Assembly: GCA_965220965.1 (NCBI GenBank)
Contig: OZ244852.1
Span: 896,001 to 960,000, forward strand
Length of the DNA stretch: 64,000 nucleotides
Direction of reading: 5' to 3'
Source: Candidatus Marinacidobacterium sp.
GTDB taxonomy: Bacteria > Acidobacteriota > Vicinamibacteria > Marinacidobacterales > Marinacidobacteraceae
The translations under genes and the position numbers were made by a program. The notes under the pieces were generated by a model. The model saw nothing but the letters and a program-made list of their open reading frames with translations. It had not been told where the DNA came from and ran no database searches. How positions within the stretch are numbered: position 1 is the first letter of the stretch; the number at the start of each line of letters is the position of its first letter. Positions 29,781 to 39,821 of the stretch are shown piece by piece.

Positions 29781-29809
29781 GCGGCGCTCCGGAGGGGAGT
29801 CCGGCGGAA

Positions 29810-32005
29810 TCAGCTTCCGACCGGGGCCTCGAGGGTCGAGGTGTTGCCCTGGTCGTCCTCCACCGCCACCACGACCGACCTGACGCCGGAAACTCCGGGG
29901 AGGGTCGTGTCGAAGTCCTCGCTGACCGAGTCGTTCATCCCGTCCACCGGGAGAACCACGATCGCTTCGCCGCCGTCGAGGCTCGCGGTGGCGCGCTGGA
30001 GGGGGCTGCTTGCGTCACTGGCGCGAAAGCGGATCCGTCCGTCGGCGGTCACCGTCAGATCGGAGATCGTGGGGGGCGTGTTGTCCACCGTGAACGGGCG
30101 ACTGACCCGCTCGCCGCTCAGCGCGCCGTCGGGAGGGTTGTCCGGCGTGTCCCGCGCCTCGACGCGGAGCTCGTACCGCCCGTCGGGCATGGTCCGCGTG
30201 TCCCAGGCGACGATCGGCTCGCGGAGGTCGTCCCGAAGCGTCCGCCAGGTGACATCCGCGACCCTCCTCCAGGAGACCCGGTAGCGGAGCCGATCCCGGT
30301 TCGGATCCTGCGCCTGGAACGTCGCGGTGCGGATTCCCTGGCGGTAGAGCTGGCGGCCGGTCCCCACCGGAAAGCTCCCGCGCGATGCGCCGTTTCGGGC
30401 CGCCTGGGTGGTCTCCGGCCGGTGCGGCATCCCCTGGAGCTGGGGGCTCTGCGGCGAGAGCATCTCCTCGTAGGCCACGCCCGGCGGGTGGAGGGTGATC
30501 CCGGTCACCCGGGGGGCGAGATTCCCCGGCCGGTAGGCCGCTTCGAGGGAGATCAGTTCGGGGGACGAGCCGCCGTCGGAGCGCAGCACCGCGCGCCACT
30601 GCAGGAACCGGGCGCCCGGGCTCGGAATCGCCGCCCCGGACTCGGCGGCGCGCCAGTCGCTCCAGGTGTCGTCCGGCTCCGTCGTGTTTCCGCTGCGGGT
30701 CTCCACCGTGAGAGCGGCGCCGGGCGGGACGCGGGCGTCCCAGGCGATGCGGCCGAAGGCGGCGGCGCCCCCAGCGTCGAGCGCGGGGGAGACGTAGGCG
30801 CCCTCGGTGCGGGGAGCGTCCGCCAGCCGAAGCACCCGGCCGGGGTTCGAGGCGCCGAGGAGGACGCCGTCTTCGCCGCGCGCCGCGGCGGTGACCTGTT
30901 CCGAATCCACCTGAAGCAGGAGCGTGACCCGGCCGTCGCGGGTGAGGCGAAGCACGCGGCCGCGATCTCCGGTCCCGAGGAGCAGCCGCTCGTCCCGTAA
31001 CAGCGTCAGCGCGAGCGGCCGCTCCTCCGCGGACTCCCAGATGGCTTCCGCCGCCCCGTTGGGTCCGATCCGGTAGAGCGCGTTCGTGACGCCTCCGGCG
31101 CTCGCCCCCGAAGGCGTCGGGGTGGTGGCGACGGTCGTAACCGCGCGGAACGTGGCGGTGGCCGAGACGGAGGCGACCGGCGTCTGGCCGGCGCCGGGAG
31201 ACGGCGACGCAACCGCCGTCGGGGCTGATTCGACCGCGGCGGAAGCGGTTGCGGCGACGGCGGCGGCGAAGACCTCTCCGGCGGTGGTGACCGCCAGCGC
31301 GCGGATCTCCTGCTGCGGACTGTCGTAGAGCGCCATCGCGTCGCCGTCCGCGGCGATCCGGAACACGATGCCCGAAGGCGATGTCCCCACATGGATCGTC
31401 CCGTCCGCTCCCCGGTGGAGCGCGGTGATGTTCTCGTCCCGGGCGGTGAAGAGCGTCTCGCTGCCGCCCGCGGGCTGGATCCGGAGGAGCTGCGCCGGCA
31501 TGCCGGTCGCGGCGAGCACGCTTCCCCCCGGCTCCGCGATCAGCGACCAGACGTAACGGGCGCCGGTATCGCCGAGGACGCCGCGCTCACCACCCGGCGC
31601 GATCCGGTGGACCACGCCCCCCGGCGAACTGGCGTAGTAGACCGTCCCGTCGCTTCCGACGGCCACCGCCTGGACGCCGGCGTCCCCGGTCTCGACCAGG
31701 GCCTCCGGCTCTCCGGGTCCGATCCGGGTGAGGGCGCCGGGCGCGCCTCCGGCCGAGATCGTCGCCCCGGAGGCTCCGGTGGCGAGGGCCCAGACGAAGG
31801 GATGCCCGGCCTCGTGCAGGCTCTGCAGAACCGGCGAAAGCCGCACCTGCCCGTCGGGGCCGATGCTGACCCCCTCGCTCTCTCCGGGAAAGAAGTCGGA
31901 CGCGGTCTCGAAGCGGAAGAAGTCGCGGGTGCTCGCGCCGGCGAGCGAGATCACGAGGAGGCCCGCTCCCGCCGCCAGGAGCAGGAGGCGCGGGGATCGC
32001 GTCAT
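29810..32005 (-). CDS. Exported beta-propeller (WD40-like) protein with C-terminal Ig/FN3-like domains
   Basis: Signal peptide; repeated hydrophobic-D/G-x-x-G-x-hydrophobic blades; TRSGNT.EPDDTWSDW, WDT..MPDGRY, VDNTPP; ATGA overlap with S55 gene. Confidence 0.75.
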   Translation of the reverse strand: MTRSPRLLLLAAGAGLLVISLAGASTRDFFRFETASDFFPGESEGVSIGPDGQVRLSPVLQSLHEAGHPFVWALATGASGATISAGGAPGALTRIGPGEPEALVETGDAGVQAVAVGSDGTVYYASSPGGVVHRIAPGGERGVLGDTGARYVWSLIAEPGGSVLAATGMPAQLLRIQPAGGSETLFTARDENITALHRGADGTIHVGTSPSGIVFRIAADGDAMALYDSPQQEIRALAVTTAGEVFAAAVAATASAAVESAPTAVASPSPGAGQTPVASVSATATFRAVTTVATTPTPSGASAGGVTNALYRIGPNGAAEAIWESAEERPLALTLLRDERLLLGTGDRGRVLRLTRDGRVTLLLQVDSEQVTAAARGEDGVLLGASNPGRVLRLADAPRTEGAYVSPALDAGGAAAFGRIAWDARVPPGAALTVETRSGNTTEPDDTWSDWRAAESGAAIPSPGARFLQWRAVLRSDGGSSPELISLEAAYRPGNLAPRVTGITLHPPGVAYEEMLSPQSPQLQGMPHRPETTQAARNGASRGSFPVGTGRQLYRQGIRTATFQAQDPNRDRLRYRVSWRRVADVTWRTLRDDLREPIVAWDTRTMPDGRYELRVEARDTPDNPPDGALSGERVSRPFTVDNTPPTISDLTVTADGRIRFRASDASSPLQRATASLDGGEAIVVLPVDGMNDSVSEDFDTTLPGVSGVRSVVVAVEDDQGNTSTLEAPVGS

Positions 32006-33870
32006 CGGGACTCCACCTGGAAGGTCACCTGCTGGAAGCCGCTCACCGCGGCGTCGAAGTCGAGGTGGCCCTCCCAGAGCACCGAACTCGCGACCGGGCG
32101 CGCGATGCCGCCGGAGGTGTCGCGGGACATCACCGACCGGACGCTCGGCGGCAGCGACGGCAGGTACTCCCCCGCCACCACCGCGGCCGAGCCGCCGCCG
32201 CCCACGAGCCGGACATAGAGGCGGCTCTGCTGGCGGCGGCGACCGATCGCGCGGTAGATCTGCTCGAGGCGCGAGGGCGTGCGGTTCACTCCCATGCGCT
32301 GATCCTGAAGCGACGCGCCGAGCGCGTCGGCCACCACGAGCTGCAGTCGCCGCCCGGCGGCGTTCGCCGGGATCGGCGCCTCGATCTCGCGCACCCGCTC
32401 CGAACCGCGATAGTCGCGCGTCGCGACGCGGAGCGTGGCGGTCTCCCCGGCGCGGACGCGCGACGACTGGAGCCAGGCGCGGGTTAGCGTCGCGGTGCGG
32501 GCGCGTTCGCTGGCGGTGACCTCGACTTCGATGCTCCGGACCGGAACGCGCTCCACCGGATTCGAGAGAAGCAGCGCCAGCGGGGCGGCGACCAGGGCGG
32601 CCGCCGAAAGCGCGACGCCGCCGGTTCCGGACGCGAAGACATCGCCCACCGGCAACGTGCGGCCCTCGGGGATCCCGATCCGGGCGCGGAGGTCGAGCGT
32701 TTGCGCTCCCGCCGGCCGCTCCTCCTGGGACAGGATGGAGATGAGTCCGGAGTAGGCGAGCAGCGGGGTGTAGAGCTCGTGGTCCACGAGCTCGAGGTCG
32801 TAGCGGCGCCGACCGCCCCGGCTGCCGGTCACCTCGACCGAGAGCGGGATCGTCCGCGCCCGGAGTCCGAGTCGACCCCGGATCCCGGTTTCGCGGTCCT
32901 GTCGCCAGACGCCGATGGCGGGTCCGGCGCTCGTCATCCGGAAGGAGTTGGAAAGCGACGCCACCGACGCCTCCACCCGCGCCGCCTGCATCGGGATCGA
33001 CATCGTTCCGAGGCCGGTGAACGGGTGCCCGAAAGCGAAGACCTCGCCGGTGAGCTCGTCCACGTGGGTGACGGTGCCGCCCGCCATCAGCACGAGGTCG
33101 CCCCCGATGAGGGTGGCCCCGACCGGACTCCCCGGAGCCAGAGGCTGGCTCCCCTCTTCCGCGAGCGCGGAGGAGGGGCCCTGGGGGAAGGGGAGGCTGG
33201 TGTTCCCGAGCTGCATGCCGAGCTGGCGGAACAGCGGGGCGAGGGTGGCGTGGGCTTCGGGGCTCAGGCCGCTCGCGGCGACCGGAGTGAGGATCGGAAC
33301 GAGCTGGCTGGAGGCGGCGGCGAGGTCGGGTGGCGCGGCGTCGGCGAGCGTCCCCGGCGGGGCCGGATCGAATGAGGGCGCCCCGCGTTCGTCGAAGTGG
33401 AGCCGCGGCGTTGACGCGACCCCCACCAGGCCGCCAGAACCCGCCGGCGTCCCGGCGCTGCCGAGCGGTTCTTCGGTGAACCGGACCATCTCCTCGAACG
33501 GCGTGATTCCGGCGATCGCGTCCTTGGCGAAGGGGAAGGCGTAGGCGACCGCGCCGAGGAGGCGGCCGTCGACGTACACCGGGCTGCCGCTCATTCCCTG
33601 CATGACGCCGGTGTGGGCGAGGGGGCCTCCGGACAGGCTCGCCAGGATGATGCTGCGGCCCGCCATCGCGCCCTCGAGCACGCCGAGGATCTCGACCTCG
33701 AAGGTCTCGATCGTCTCGCCGTGGAAGGCGGTGCGGCCCTCGCCGACCATGCCCGGCTCGACATCGTCGACGCTCAGGAAATCGGTCTGGCCGGCGGCGG
33801 GCGCGGCCAGGGCCAGGAGGGCGCAAAGGAGCCAGCTCCGGAGGGCGCCGGGCGGCGGGGTCGGTCGCAA
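32002..33870 (-). CDS. SpoIVB peptidase S55 domain protein
   Basis: GMVGEGRT, GVMQGMSGSPVYVDGRLLGAVAY, AGGTVT, AFGHPF. Confidence 0.88.
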   Translation of the reverse strand: MRPTPPPGALRSWLLCALLALAAPAAGQTDFLSVDDVEPGMVGEGRTAFHGETIETFEVEILGVLEGAMAGRSIILASLSGGPLAHTGVMQGMSGSPVYVDGRLLGAVAYAFPFAKDAIAGITPFEEMVRFTEEPLGSAGTPAGSGGLVGVASTPRLHFDERGAPSFDPAPPGTLADAAPPDLAAASSQLVPILTPVAASGLSPEAHATLAPLFRQLGMQLGNTSLPFPQGPSSALAEEGSQPLAPGSPVGATLIGGDLVLMAGGTVTHVDELTGEVFAFGHPFTGLGTMSIPMQAARVEASVASLSNSFRMTSAGPAIGVWRQDRETGIRGRLGLRARTIPLSVEVTGSRGGRRRYDLELVDHELYTPLLAYSGLISILSQEERPAGAQTLDLRARIGIPEGRTLPVGDVFASGTGGVALSAAALVAAPLALLLSNPVERVPVRSIEVEVTASERARTATLTRAWLQSSRVRAGETATLRVATRDYRGSERVREIEAPIPANAAGRRLQLVVADALGASLQDQRMGVNRTPSRLEQIYRAIGRRRQQSRLYVRLVGGGGSAAVVAGEYLPSLPPSVRSVMSRDTSGGIARPVASSVLWEGHLDFDAAVSGFQQVTFQVESR

Positions 33871-33997
33871 GATCGGTTCGGGAGGCCCGGCGAATGCTAC
33901 CCCCCTGGGGGCCTGCTACCGGAACAGGGGCGCGTCGGGAGCGCGCGCCGGGTCGGGGCGGGGTCGGACCGGTCGCGCGAACTTAGACTCCGCGGCG

Positions 33998-35050
33998 ATG
34001 GAACCCGAGACCGGCGGACGCTATTCCCGGCAGACCCTGTTCGCCGGGATCGGCGAAGACGGACAGGCGCGTATCGGGGCGGCGCGGGTCCTCGTGGTGG
34101 GGGCGGGAGCGCTCGGGTCGGTGTCGCTCGACATGCTGGTGCGGGCCGGTGTCGGAACGGTGCGGTTCGTGGATCGCGACACGGTGGAGCTCTCGAACCT
34201 GCAGCGGCAGACGCTCTACGGGGAAGAGGACGCCGCAGAGGGGGCCCCCAAGGTGGAGAGCGCGCGGCGGCGCCTGGCGGCGGTGAACCGCGAGGTCGCG
34301 CTCGAACCGCTGGCGCTCGACTTCCACGCGGGGAACGCCGCCGAGGTGACCGAGGGCGTGGATCTGATCCTCGACGCCACGGACAACTTCGAGACCCGCT
34401 ACCTGATCAACGACGCCGCGCTCTGGCGCGGCGTCCCGTGGGTCTACGCCGCGGTGGTGGGGAGCTACGGGATGACCTTCACCGTGTCGCCCGGCCGGAC
34501 CGGGTGCCTGCGGTGCGTGATTCCCGACCTGCCCCCGCCGGGATCCTCTCCGACCTGCGACACCGCCGGAGTCATCGCGCCGGCGGTGGCGGTGGTGGCG
34601 GGATACGCGGTTGCCGAGGCGCTGAAGGTGCTCTCGGGCCGGATCGAGGATGTCGCCGCCGGGATCTGGCACCTCGACGTGTGGGAGCGCAGCGCCTACC
34701 GGATGGAGATCGGAGGCCCGGACCCGGATTGCCCGGCCTGCGGCCGCCGCGAGTTCCCTTTTCTGCGCGGGGACTCCGGGGGGGACACGGTGACGCTTTG
34801 TGGGCGGAACGCGGTCCAGGTGCGCCCGACGCCCCCCCCGGATCGCGGCGGGCGCTTCCTCGAGGATCTCTCACTCCGGCTGCGGAATCTCCCCGGAATC
34901 GGGGTTTCCGTCCGCAGCTCTCCTTATCTTCTGCAGTTCGAGGCCGATGGCCGTCGTCTCGTGGTGTTTCCTGACGGGCGCACGATCGTCCACGGCAGCG
35001 GCGATGCGGCCGAGGCCCGCACCCTCGTGTCCCGCTACATCGGGAACTGA
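33998..35050 (+). CDS. ThiF/MoeB family adenylyltransferase
   Basis: RYSRQ, VVGAGALG, DRDTVELSNLQRQ, DATDNF, CLRC, CDTAG, CPAC, LCGRNAVQ. Confidence 0.92.
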   Translation: MEPETGGRYSRQTLFAGIGEDGQARIGAARVLVVGAGALGSVSLDMLVRAGVGTVRFVDRDTVELSNLQRQTLYGEEDAAEGAPKVESARRRLAAVNREVALEPLALDFHAGNAAEVTEGVDLILDATDNFETRYLINDAALWRGVPWVYAAVVGSYGMTFTVSPGRTGCLRCVIPDLPPPGSSPTCDTAGVIAPAVAVVAGYAVAEALKVLSGRIEDVAAGIWHLDVWERSAYRMEIGGPDPDCPACGRREFPFLRGDSGGDTVTLCGRNAVQVRPTPPPDRGGRFLEDLSLRLRNLPGIGVSVRSSPYLLQFEADGRRLVVFPDGRTIVHGSGDAAEARTLVSRYIGN

Positions 35051-35058
35051 ACGAAACC

Positions 35059-37008
35059 GTGGCGAGCCAGCCCGCGCCGGACACCGATCCGCTGCTCCGC
35101 GCCCCCGCCGGCGCCGGGATCCTCACCGGCGGCGATGCGCGCCGCCGTCGCCTGGTGGAGGCGAAGGCGGCTGCGGTGTTCGGCGAGTGGGGCTACGAGG
35201 AGGTCCTCCTCCCCCTGTTCGACCACGCCGAGGTCTTCGCCCGGGGCGGCGGTCGGTGGTCGGAACGCTCCAGCTACCGGTTCACCGAGGGCGGAGACCT
35301 GCTGGCGCTCCGGGCCGACTTCACGACGCTCGTCGCGCGGGCCGCCGCCACCCGGCTTCCGGACGATGTCGCGCGGCTGTTCTACCGCGGAGAGCTGGTC
35401 CGGCGCCCGGCCCCCGGTTTCGGGCCGTCGCTGCTCCGCGAAGTCGGGCTCGAGCGCTTCGCCGGTGGCGTTCCCGCCGATGTCGAGGTCCTGCTGGTGG
35501 CGTTCCGGGCGCTCGAGGAGATGGGCGTTCGTGGAGCGCTCTTCACGCTCGGACACGCCGGCTTCCCGCTCGGGCTGCTGGACGCGGCGCTGGAATCCGA
35601 CGGAAGCGGCGGCGGGACGCGGCGGGCCGAGGCGCTCCGGGGGCTGTGGCGCCGGGACCGGGGCAGGATCCGGCGCGCCCTGGGAGACGGCGCCGCGCCG
35701 CTCGCCGGGGCGCTGGATTTCGTGGGGGGAGTCGAGGTTCTGGACGCCGCCGGGCGACGGTCCTTGCCGGATCGGGCGCGGAAGGCCCTCGAAAGGCTGC
35801 AGGCGATCGCCGCCGCGCTGGGCGATCTGGGGCTCGGCGACCGGTTTCGCTTCGACCTGGCGGAACTCCGCGGGTTCGACTACTACACCGGTCTCATCTT
35901 CGAGATCCACGCCGAGGGCGCCGGGCGGGAAATCGGGGGAGGCGGTCGGTACGACGACCTGCTGGCGCGCTTCGGAGACGCCCGGCCGGCTGTCGGGTTC
36001 TCGCTCTCGGTGGATCGGATCGCCGGGATCCTTCCGGATCCCGCCCCATCGGTCGCCGTCCCCGGGACAACGGGAGCCCCCCGGGAGACTCTGGAGGGAG
36101 TCGCCGGGCGCTTCCGCGCCGGGCGCGTGGCGGTCCGGAGCGCCGGCGCCGCGGCCAACGTCAACGGCCGCATCCTTCCGGCGGACGCTCCGGTCGTCAG
36201 CGCGCTCGACCACGGGTTCTTCCACGGCCTCGCGGTCTACGAGAACCTCCGGACCTACGACGGAGTCCCCCTCCTGTTCGACGATCACCTCGAACGGCTC
36301 CGCGGGTCCGCGGCCGTGTTCGGCATTCCGGTGGCGCCGTCGAACCGGGAGATCACCGACCGGCTCCACGCCACGCGGCGCGCCGCCGGCGGGGAAGGGG
36401 ACTCCTCGCTGAGGATCACGCTCACCGCCGGGCCCGACGGGGGCGAGCCGTCGCTCGTGATCCTGGTGCGGCCGCTGCCGCCGCTCCCGGTGGACCCGGA
36501 GCGCGAAGGGGTTGGCGTTCTTCTCACCGAGCGGGTCCGGGCCGTTCCCGGGGGGTTGCCACCCGAGGTCAAGACCACGAACCTGGCGGGAGCATGGCTC
36601 GCCGTACGGGACGCGCGCGCGGTGGGAGCGCACGAAGCGCTCGTCCGCAACGCCGCGGGCGAGATCACCGAGGGCGCCACCTCGAACGTGTTCTGGGTCC
36701 GTGACGGGACCGTGGTCACAGCGCCGCTGGCTGGCGGGCTGCTTCCCGGAATCACCCGCGCGCTCCTCTTCGAGGCGCTCGACGAAGCCGGGATTCCGCG
36801 GCGCGAGGAGCGCATGCCGATGGGCCGGTTCGTCGAGGCGGACGAAGCGTTCCTGACGAGTTCCTCGAGAGAGGTGCTTCCGATCACCTGGGTCGTCGAC
36901 CTCGAGGGGCGTCGCAGCGATATCGGCAGTGGAAGCCCGGGTCCGGTGACGGGTGCGGCGCTGGCCGCCTACCGCAAGGTGGCGGCGCGCCGGATCGAGC
37001 GCGGCTGA
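35059..37008 (+). CDS. hisZ: HisZ (ATP-PRT regulatory subunit) fused to PLP fold-type IV aminotransferase / ADC lyase
   Basis: WGYEEV, LRADFT..VAR, RLFYRG, FDYYTG..F, GGGRYDDL, AVGFS; then HLERL, VKTTN, EGATSNVF, LLPGITR, EAFLTSS. Confidence 0.85.
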   Translation: MASQPAPDTDPLLRAPAGAGILTGGDARRRRLVEAKAAAVFGEWGYEEVLLPLFDHAEVFARGGGRWSERSSYRFTEGGDLLALRADFTTLVARAAATRLPDDVARLFYRGELVRRPAPGFGPSLLREVGLERFAGGVPADVEVLLVAFRALEEMGVRGALFTLGHAGFPLGLLDAALESDGSGGGTRRAEALRGLWRRDRGRIRRALGDGAAPLAGALDFVGGVEVLDAAGRRSLPDRARKALERLQAIAAALGDLGLGDRFRFDLAELRGFDYYTGLIFEIHAEGAGREIGGGGRYDDLLARFGDARPAVGFSLSVDRIAGILPDPAPSVAVPGTTGAPRETLEGVAGRFRAGRVAVRSAGAAANVNGRILPADAPVVSALDHGFFHGLAVYENLRTYDGVPLLFDDHLERLRGSAAVFGIPVAPSNREITDRLHATRRAAGGEGDSSLRITLTAGPDGGEPSLVILVRPLPPLPVDPEREGVGVLLTERVRAVPGGLPPEVKTTNLAGAWLAVRDARAVGAHEALVRNAAGEITEGATSNVFWVRDGTVVTAPLAGGLLPGITRALLFEALDEAGIPRREERMPMGRFVEADEAFLTSSSREVLPITWVVDLEGRRSDIGSGSPGPVTGAALAAYRKVAARRIERG

Positions 37009-37059
37009 TCCGCCGGATCCGGGGCGGGAAACCGGCCTCGGTGTGGTACGTTCGGCCCG

Positions 37060-39363
37060 ATGCACGCGGCTTGGCCCTTCGTGCGCCGCGCGGGTCGGGC
37101 CGTTTCCGAGGGAGCCCGAAGGCGACCCCTCGCTTGCGTCGCGTTGCTGGCGGTCCTGTTTCCCTCCGGGCTCCTCGCCGCCCAGCCCCCGGTGGATTTC
37201 GAGACCGCGCGGCTGGATCGTCGTCTGATCGCGACGCGCGCCGCGGGCCAGGTCGTCCTCGACGGGGTCGTGGACGACGCCGAGTGGGCGGAAGCCCCGG
37301 TCGCGCGGTCGTTCACCCAGGGAAACCCGTTCGAGGGGATGCCTTCGACCTTCGAGACCGAGGTGCGCGTGCTCTATGACGACGAGTTCCTCTACATCGG
37401 GGCCAAGGCGTTCGACGACGATCCGGGCGCGTTCATCGTGAACGACCTGTCGCGCGATTTCTCGACCCGCACCGGAGACATTTTCGGCGTCGTCGTTGAC
37501 ACCTTCCACGACCGGCGGAACGGCTACATGTTCGAGACGAACCAGGAGGGCGCGAAGTTCGACGGCCAGCTCTTCAACGACGGGCGCGAGTTCAACCGCG
37601 ACTGGGACGGCGTCTGGTTCGTCGAAACCCGGACGACCGCGGAAGGGTGGGAGATCGAGATGGCGATTCCCTTCCGGACGCTCCGGTTCCGGGAGAGTCC
37701 GGAGCAGGTCTGGGGGATCAACTTTCTCCGCCGGGTCCGCCGCCTGAACGAGGACTCGTTCTGGGCGCCGATTCCGCGGTTCTTCAACTTCGCCCGCATC
37801 TCCTACGCCGGGACGCTCGAGGGGCTTACCGGACTCCGTTCCGGAGGTCGGGTCAAGGTCACGCCGTATGTTTCGGCGGACGCCCGGACGGGTGCAGGCG
37901 AGGACGATGGCGTCCTCGGCGGCTTCACCGGCGGCGTGGACGCCAAGGTGCTCGTCGGGACCGGCCTGAACCTGGATCTCACCGCGAACACCGACTTCTC
38001 GCAGGTGGAGGCCGATGTCCAGCAGGTCAACCTGACCCGGTTCAACCTGTTCTTTCCGGAGAAGCGGGATTTCTTCATCGAGAACTCGGGCATCTTCCGG
38101 TTCGGCGCGCCCTCGGACTCGCGCCTGGGCCAGTTCCGGGCGGATTTCGGCCAGGCCTTCAACCCGTCGGTGATGCGCGCCACCCAGAGCCGGGGAGAGG
38201 ATCTCTATCTGTTCTTCAGTCGGCGGATCGGCCTCTCGGAGGACGGGGTTCCGATCCCGGTCCTCGGGGGCGGGCGGCTCACCGGACGGGCGGGCGCCTA
38301 CGAGCTGGGGGTGATGAGCCTTCAGACCGGCGAACACGAAGCGACGCCCGGCGAGAACTTCTCCGCCGTGCGGGTGCGGCGGAACGTCGGCGCCAACTCG
38401 GATGTGGGAGCGATCTTCCTGAACCGGGAGTCGGGTTCCGGCAGCGACCACTTCAACCGCTCGATGGGCGCCGACGCGAACTTCCGGATCACCCCCGAGC
38501 TGGAGGTGAACTCCTACTGGGCGCGGACCATGAGCCCCGGCCGCACCGGGGACCAGAACGCCGGGCGTCTGTCAGCGAACTACAACGGGCGGCTCTGGCA
38601 GCTCGAGGCCGGATGGTCCCGGCTTGGCGAGGACTTCAATCCGGAGATGGGTTTCGCACCGCGTCTGGGTGTCCGTCGGCTCGTTGCGTATGTCGGGTAC
38701 CACTACCGGCCGGAGTGGTGGAGCGACTTTCTGCGCGAGTTCAATCCCCACTTCGAGTTCAACGATTACGTGGATGCGCAGGGAAACCTGGTCAGCCGCT
38801 ATACGAACGCCCACTTCGCCTTCCGTCATCAAAGCGGGGCCTTTCTGGAGTTCGGTTACAACCACAGCATCGAAAACACCAGCGCCGCCTTCGACCTCCA
38901 TCCGTCGACCCGGATTCTTGCTGGGGAGTACCGCCACGAGGAAGGGTTCGTCATGTTCTTCTCGGACCCGAGCCGGCCGGTTTCGCTGAATGGCCGCTAT
39001 GACTGGGGACCGTTGTACGGAGGGGATCGCCGGGCGCTGAACCTGAGCACGATCATCCGCATCGCGCCGCGGTTCACGACCTATGCGGCATGGACCCGCA
39101 ACGACATCGACCTTCCCGGCGGCGCGTTCGTCGCCGACCTGCTTACGGTTCGGGTCACCCATACCTTCAGCACGAGGATGTTCCTGGGGGCGCTGATTCA
39201 GTACAACAGCATCACCGAGGAGTGGGATACGAACATCCGGTTCAACCTGATCCACCGGCCGCTCTCCGACTTCTTCATCGTGCTGAATGACCGCCGCCAC
39301 GTTCTCGGCGGCCCGAACGACAGGGCGTTAATCGCCAAGTTCACGACCCTGCTGGACTTTTAG
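37060..39363 (+). CDS. DUF5916 protein with N-terminal CBM9-like sugar-binding domain, probable outer-membrane barrel
   Basis: LDGVVDDAEW, LYIGA, GWEIEMAIPFRTLRF, NTDFSQVEAD..QVNLTRF.LFFPEKRDFF, FFSRRIGL; C-terminal Phe. Confidence 0.85.
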   Translation: MHAAWPFVRRAGRAVSEGARRRPLACVALLAVLFPSGLLAAQPPVDFETARLDRRLIATRAAGQVVLDGVVDDAEWAEAPVARSFTQGNPFEGMPSTFETEVRVLYDDEFLYIGAKAFDDDPGAFIVNDLSRDFSTRTGDIFGVVVDTFHDRRNGYMFETNQEGAKFDGQLFNDGREFNRDWDGVWFVETRTTAEGWEIEMAIPFRTLRFRESPEQVWGINFLRRVRRLNEDSFWAPIPRFFNFARISYAGTLEGLTGLRSGGRVKVTPYVSADARTGAGEDDGVLGGFTGGVDAKVLVGTGLNLDLTANTDFSQVEADVQQVNLTRFNLFFPEKRDFFIENSGIFRFGAPSDSRLGQFRADFGQAFNPSVMRATQSRGEDLYLFFSRRIGLSEDGVPIPVLGGGRLTGRAGAYELGVMSLQTGEHEATPGENFSAVRVRRNVGANSDVGAIFLNRESGSGSDHFNRSMGADANFRITPELEVNSYWARTMSPGRTGDQNAGRLSANYNGRLWQLEAGWSRLGEDFNPEMGFAPRLGVRRLVAYVGYHYRPEWWSDFLREFNPHFEFNDYVDAQGNLVSRYTNAHFAFRHQSGAFLEFGYNHSIENTSAAFDLHPSTRILAGEYRHEEGFVMFFSDPSRPVSLNGRYDWGPLYGGDRRALNLSTIIRIAPRFTTYAAWTRNDIDLPGGAFVADLLTVRVTHTFSTRMFLGALIQYNSITEEWDTNIRFNLIHRPLSDFFIVLNDRRHVLGGPNDRALIAKFTTLLDF

Positions 39364-39398
39364 CTGACCCCCGTGCACAACGGGGAAGGAGAAACACA

Positions 39399-39803
39399 AT
39401 GCAGACCATGCTGTCCCAGCACAAGGACACGGCCTATGCGCTTCTGCGCATCGTCGCCGGGTTCCTCTTCCTTTGCCACGGCGCGCAGAAGATTTTCGGC
39501 GTTATGGGCGGAACACAGCGCGAGCTGTTCAGCCTCATGGGGCTGGCGGGAATCATCGAGCTCGTCGGCGGACTCCTGATCATGGTCGGGTTCATGACCG
39601 GGATCGCAGCGTTTATCTCGAGCGGCCAGATGGCCGTGGCCTACTTCATGGCGCACCAGTTCCGCGCCGGCGAAGACGGGATGATGCTTGGCTGGTGGCC
39701 GATCGAGAACCGGGGCGAACTGGCGGTGCTCTACTGCTTCCTGTTCCTGTTTGTCGCCATGAAGGGCGCCGGACAGTGGAGCGTGGACAACCGCGGATCC
39801 TGA
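39399..39803 (+). CDS. DoxX family membrane protein
   Basis: LLRIVAGFLF..HG.QKIFG, GIIELVGG, SGQMAVAYFMAH, N.GELAVLYC; AAGGAG RBS. Confidence 0.92.
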   Translation: MQTMLSQHKDTAYALLRIVAGFLFLCHGAQKIFGVMGGTQRELFSLMGLAGIIELVGGLLIMVGFMTGIAAFISSGQMAVAYFMAHQFRAGEDGMMLGWWPIENRGELAVLYCFLFLFVAMKGAGQWSVDNRGS

Positions 39804-39821
39804 CGGATCGGTCGTTCTGAT

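Noticed and set aside
35035-38451. Very long alternative ORFs (1138 aa here; also the 1004, 1338, 885 and 824 aa ORFs)
   Set aside because: These are antisense shadows or Arg/Pro/Gly-rich off-frame extensions typical of high-GC DNA; the real genes start at internal overlapping start codons.
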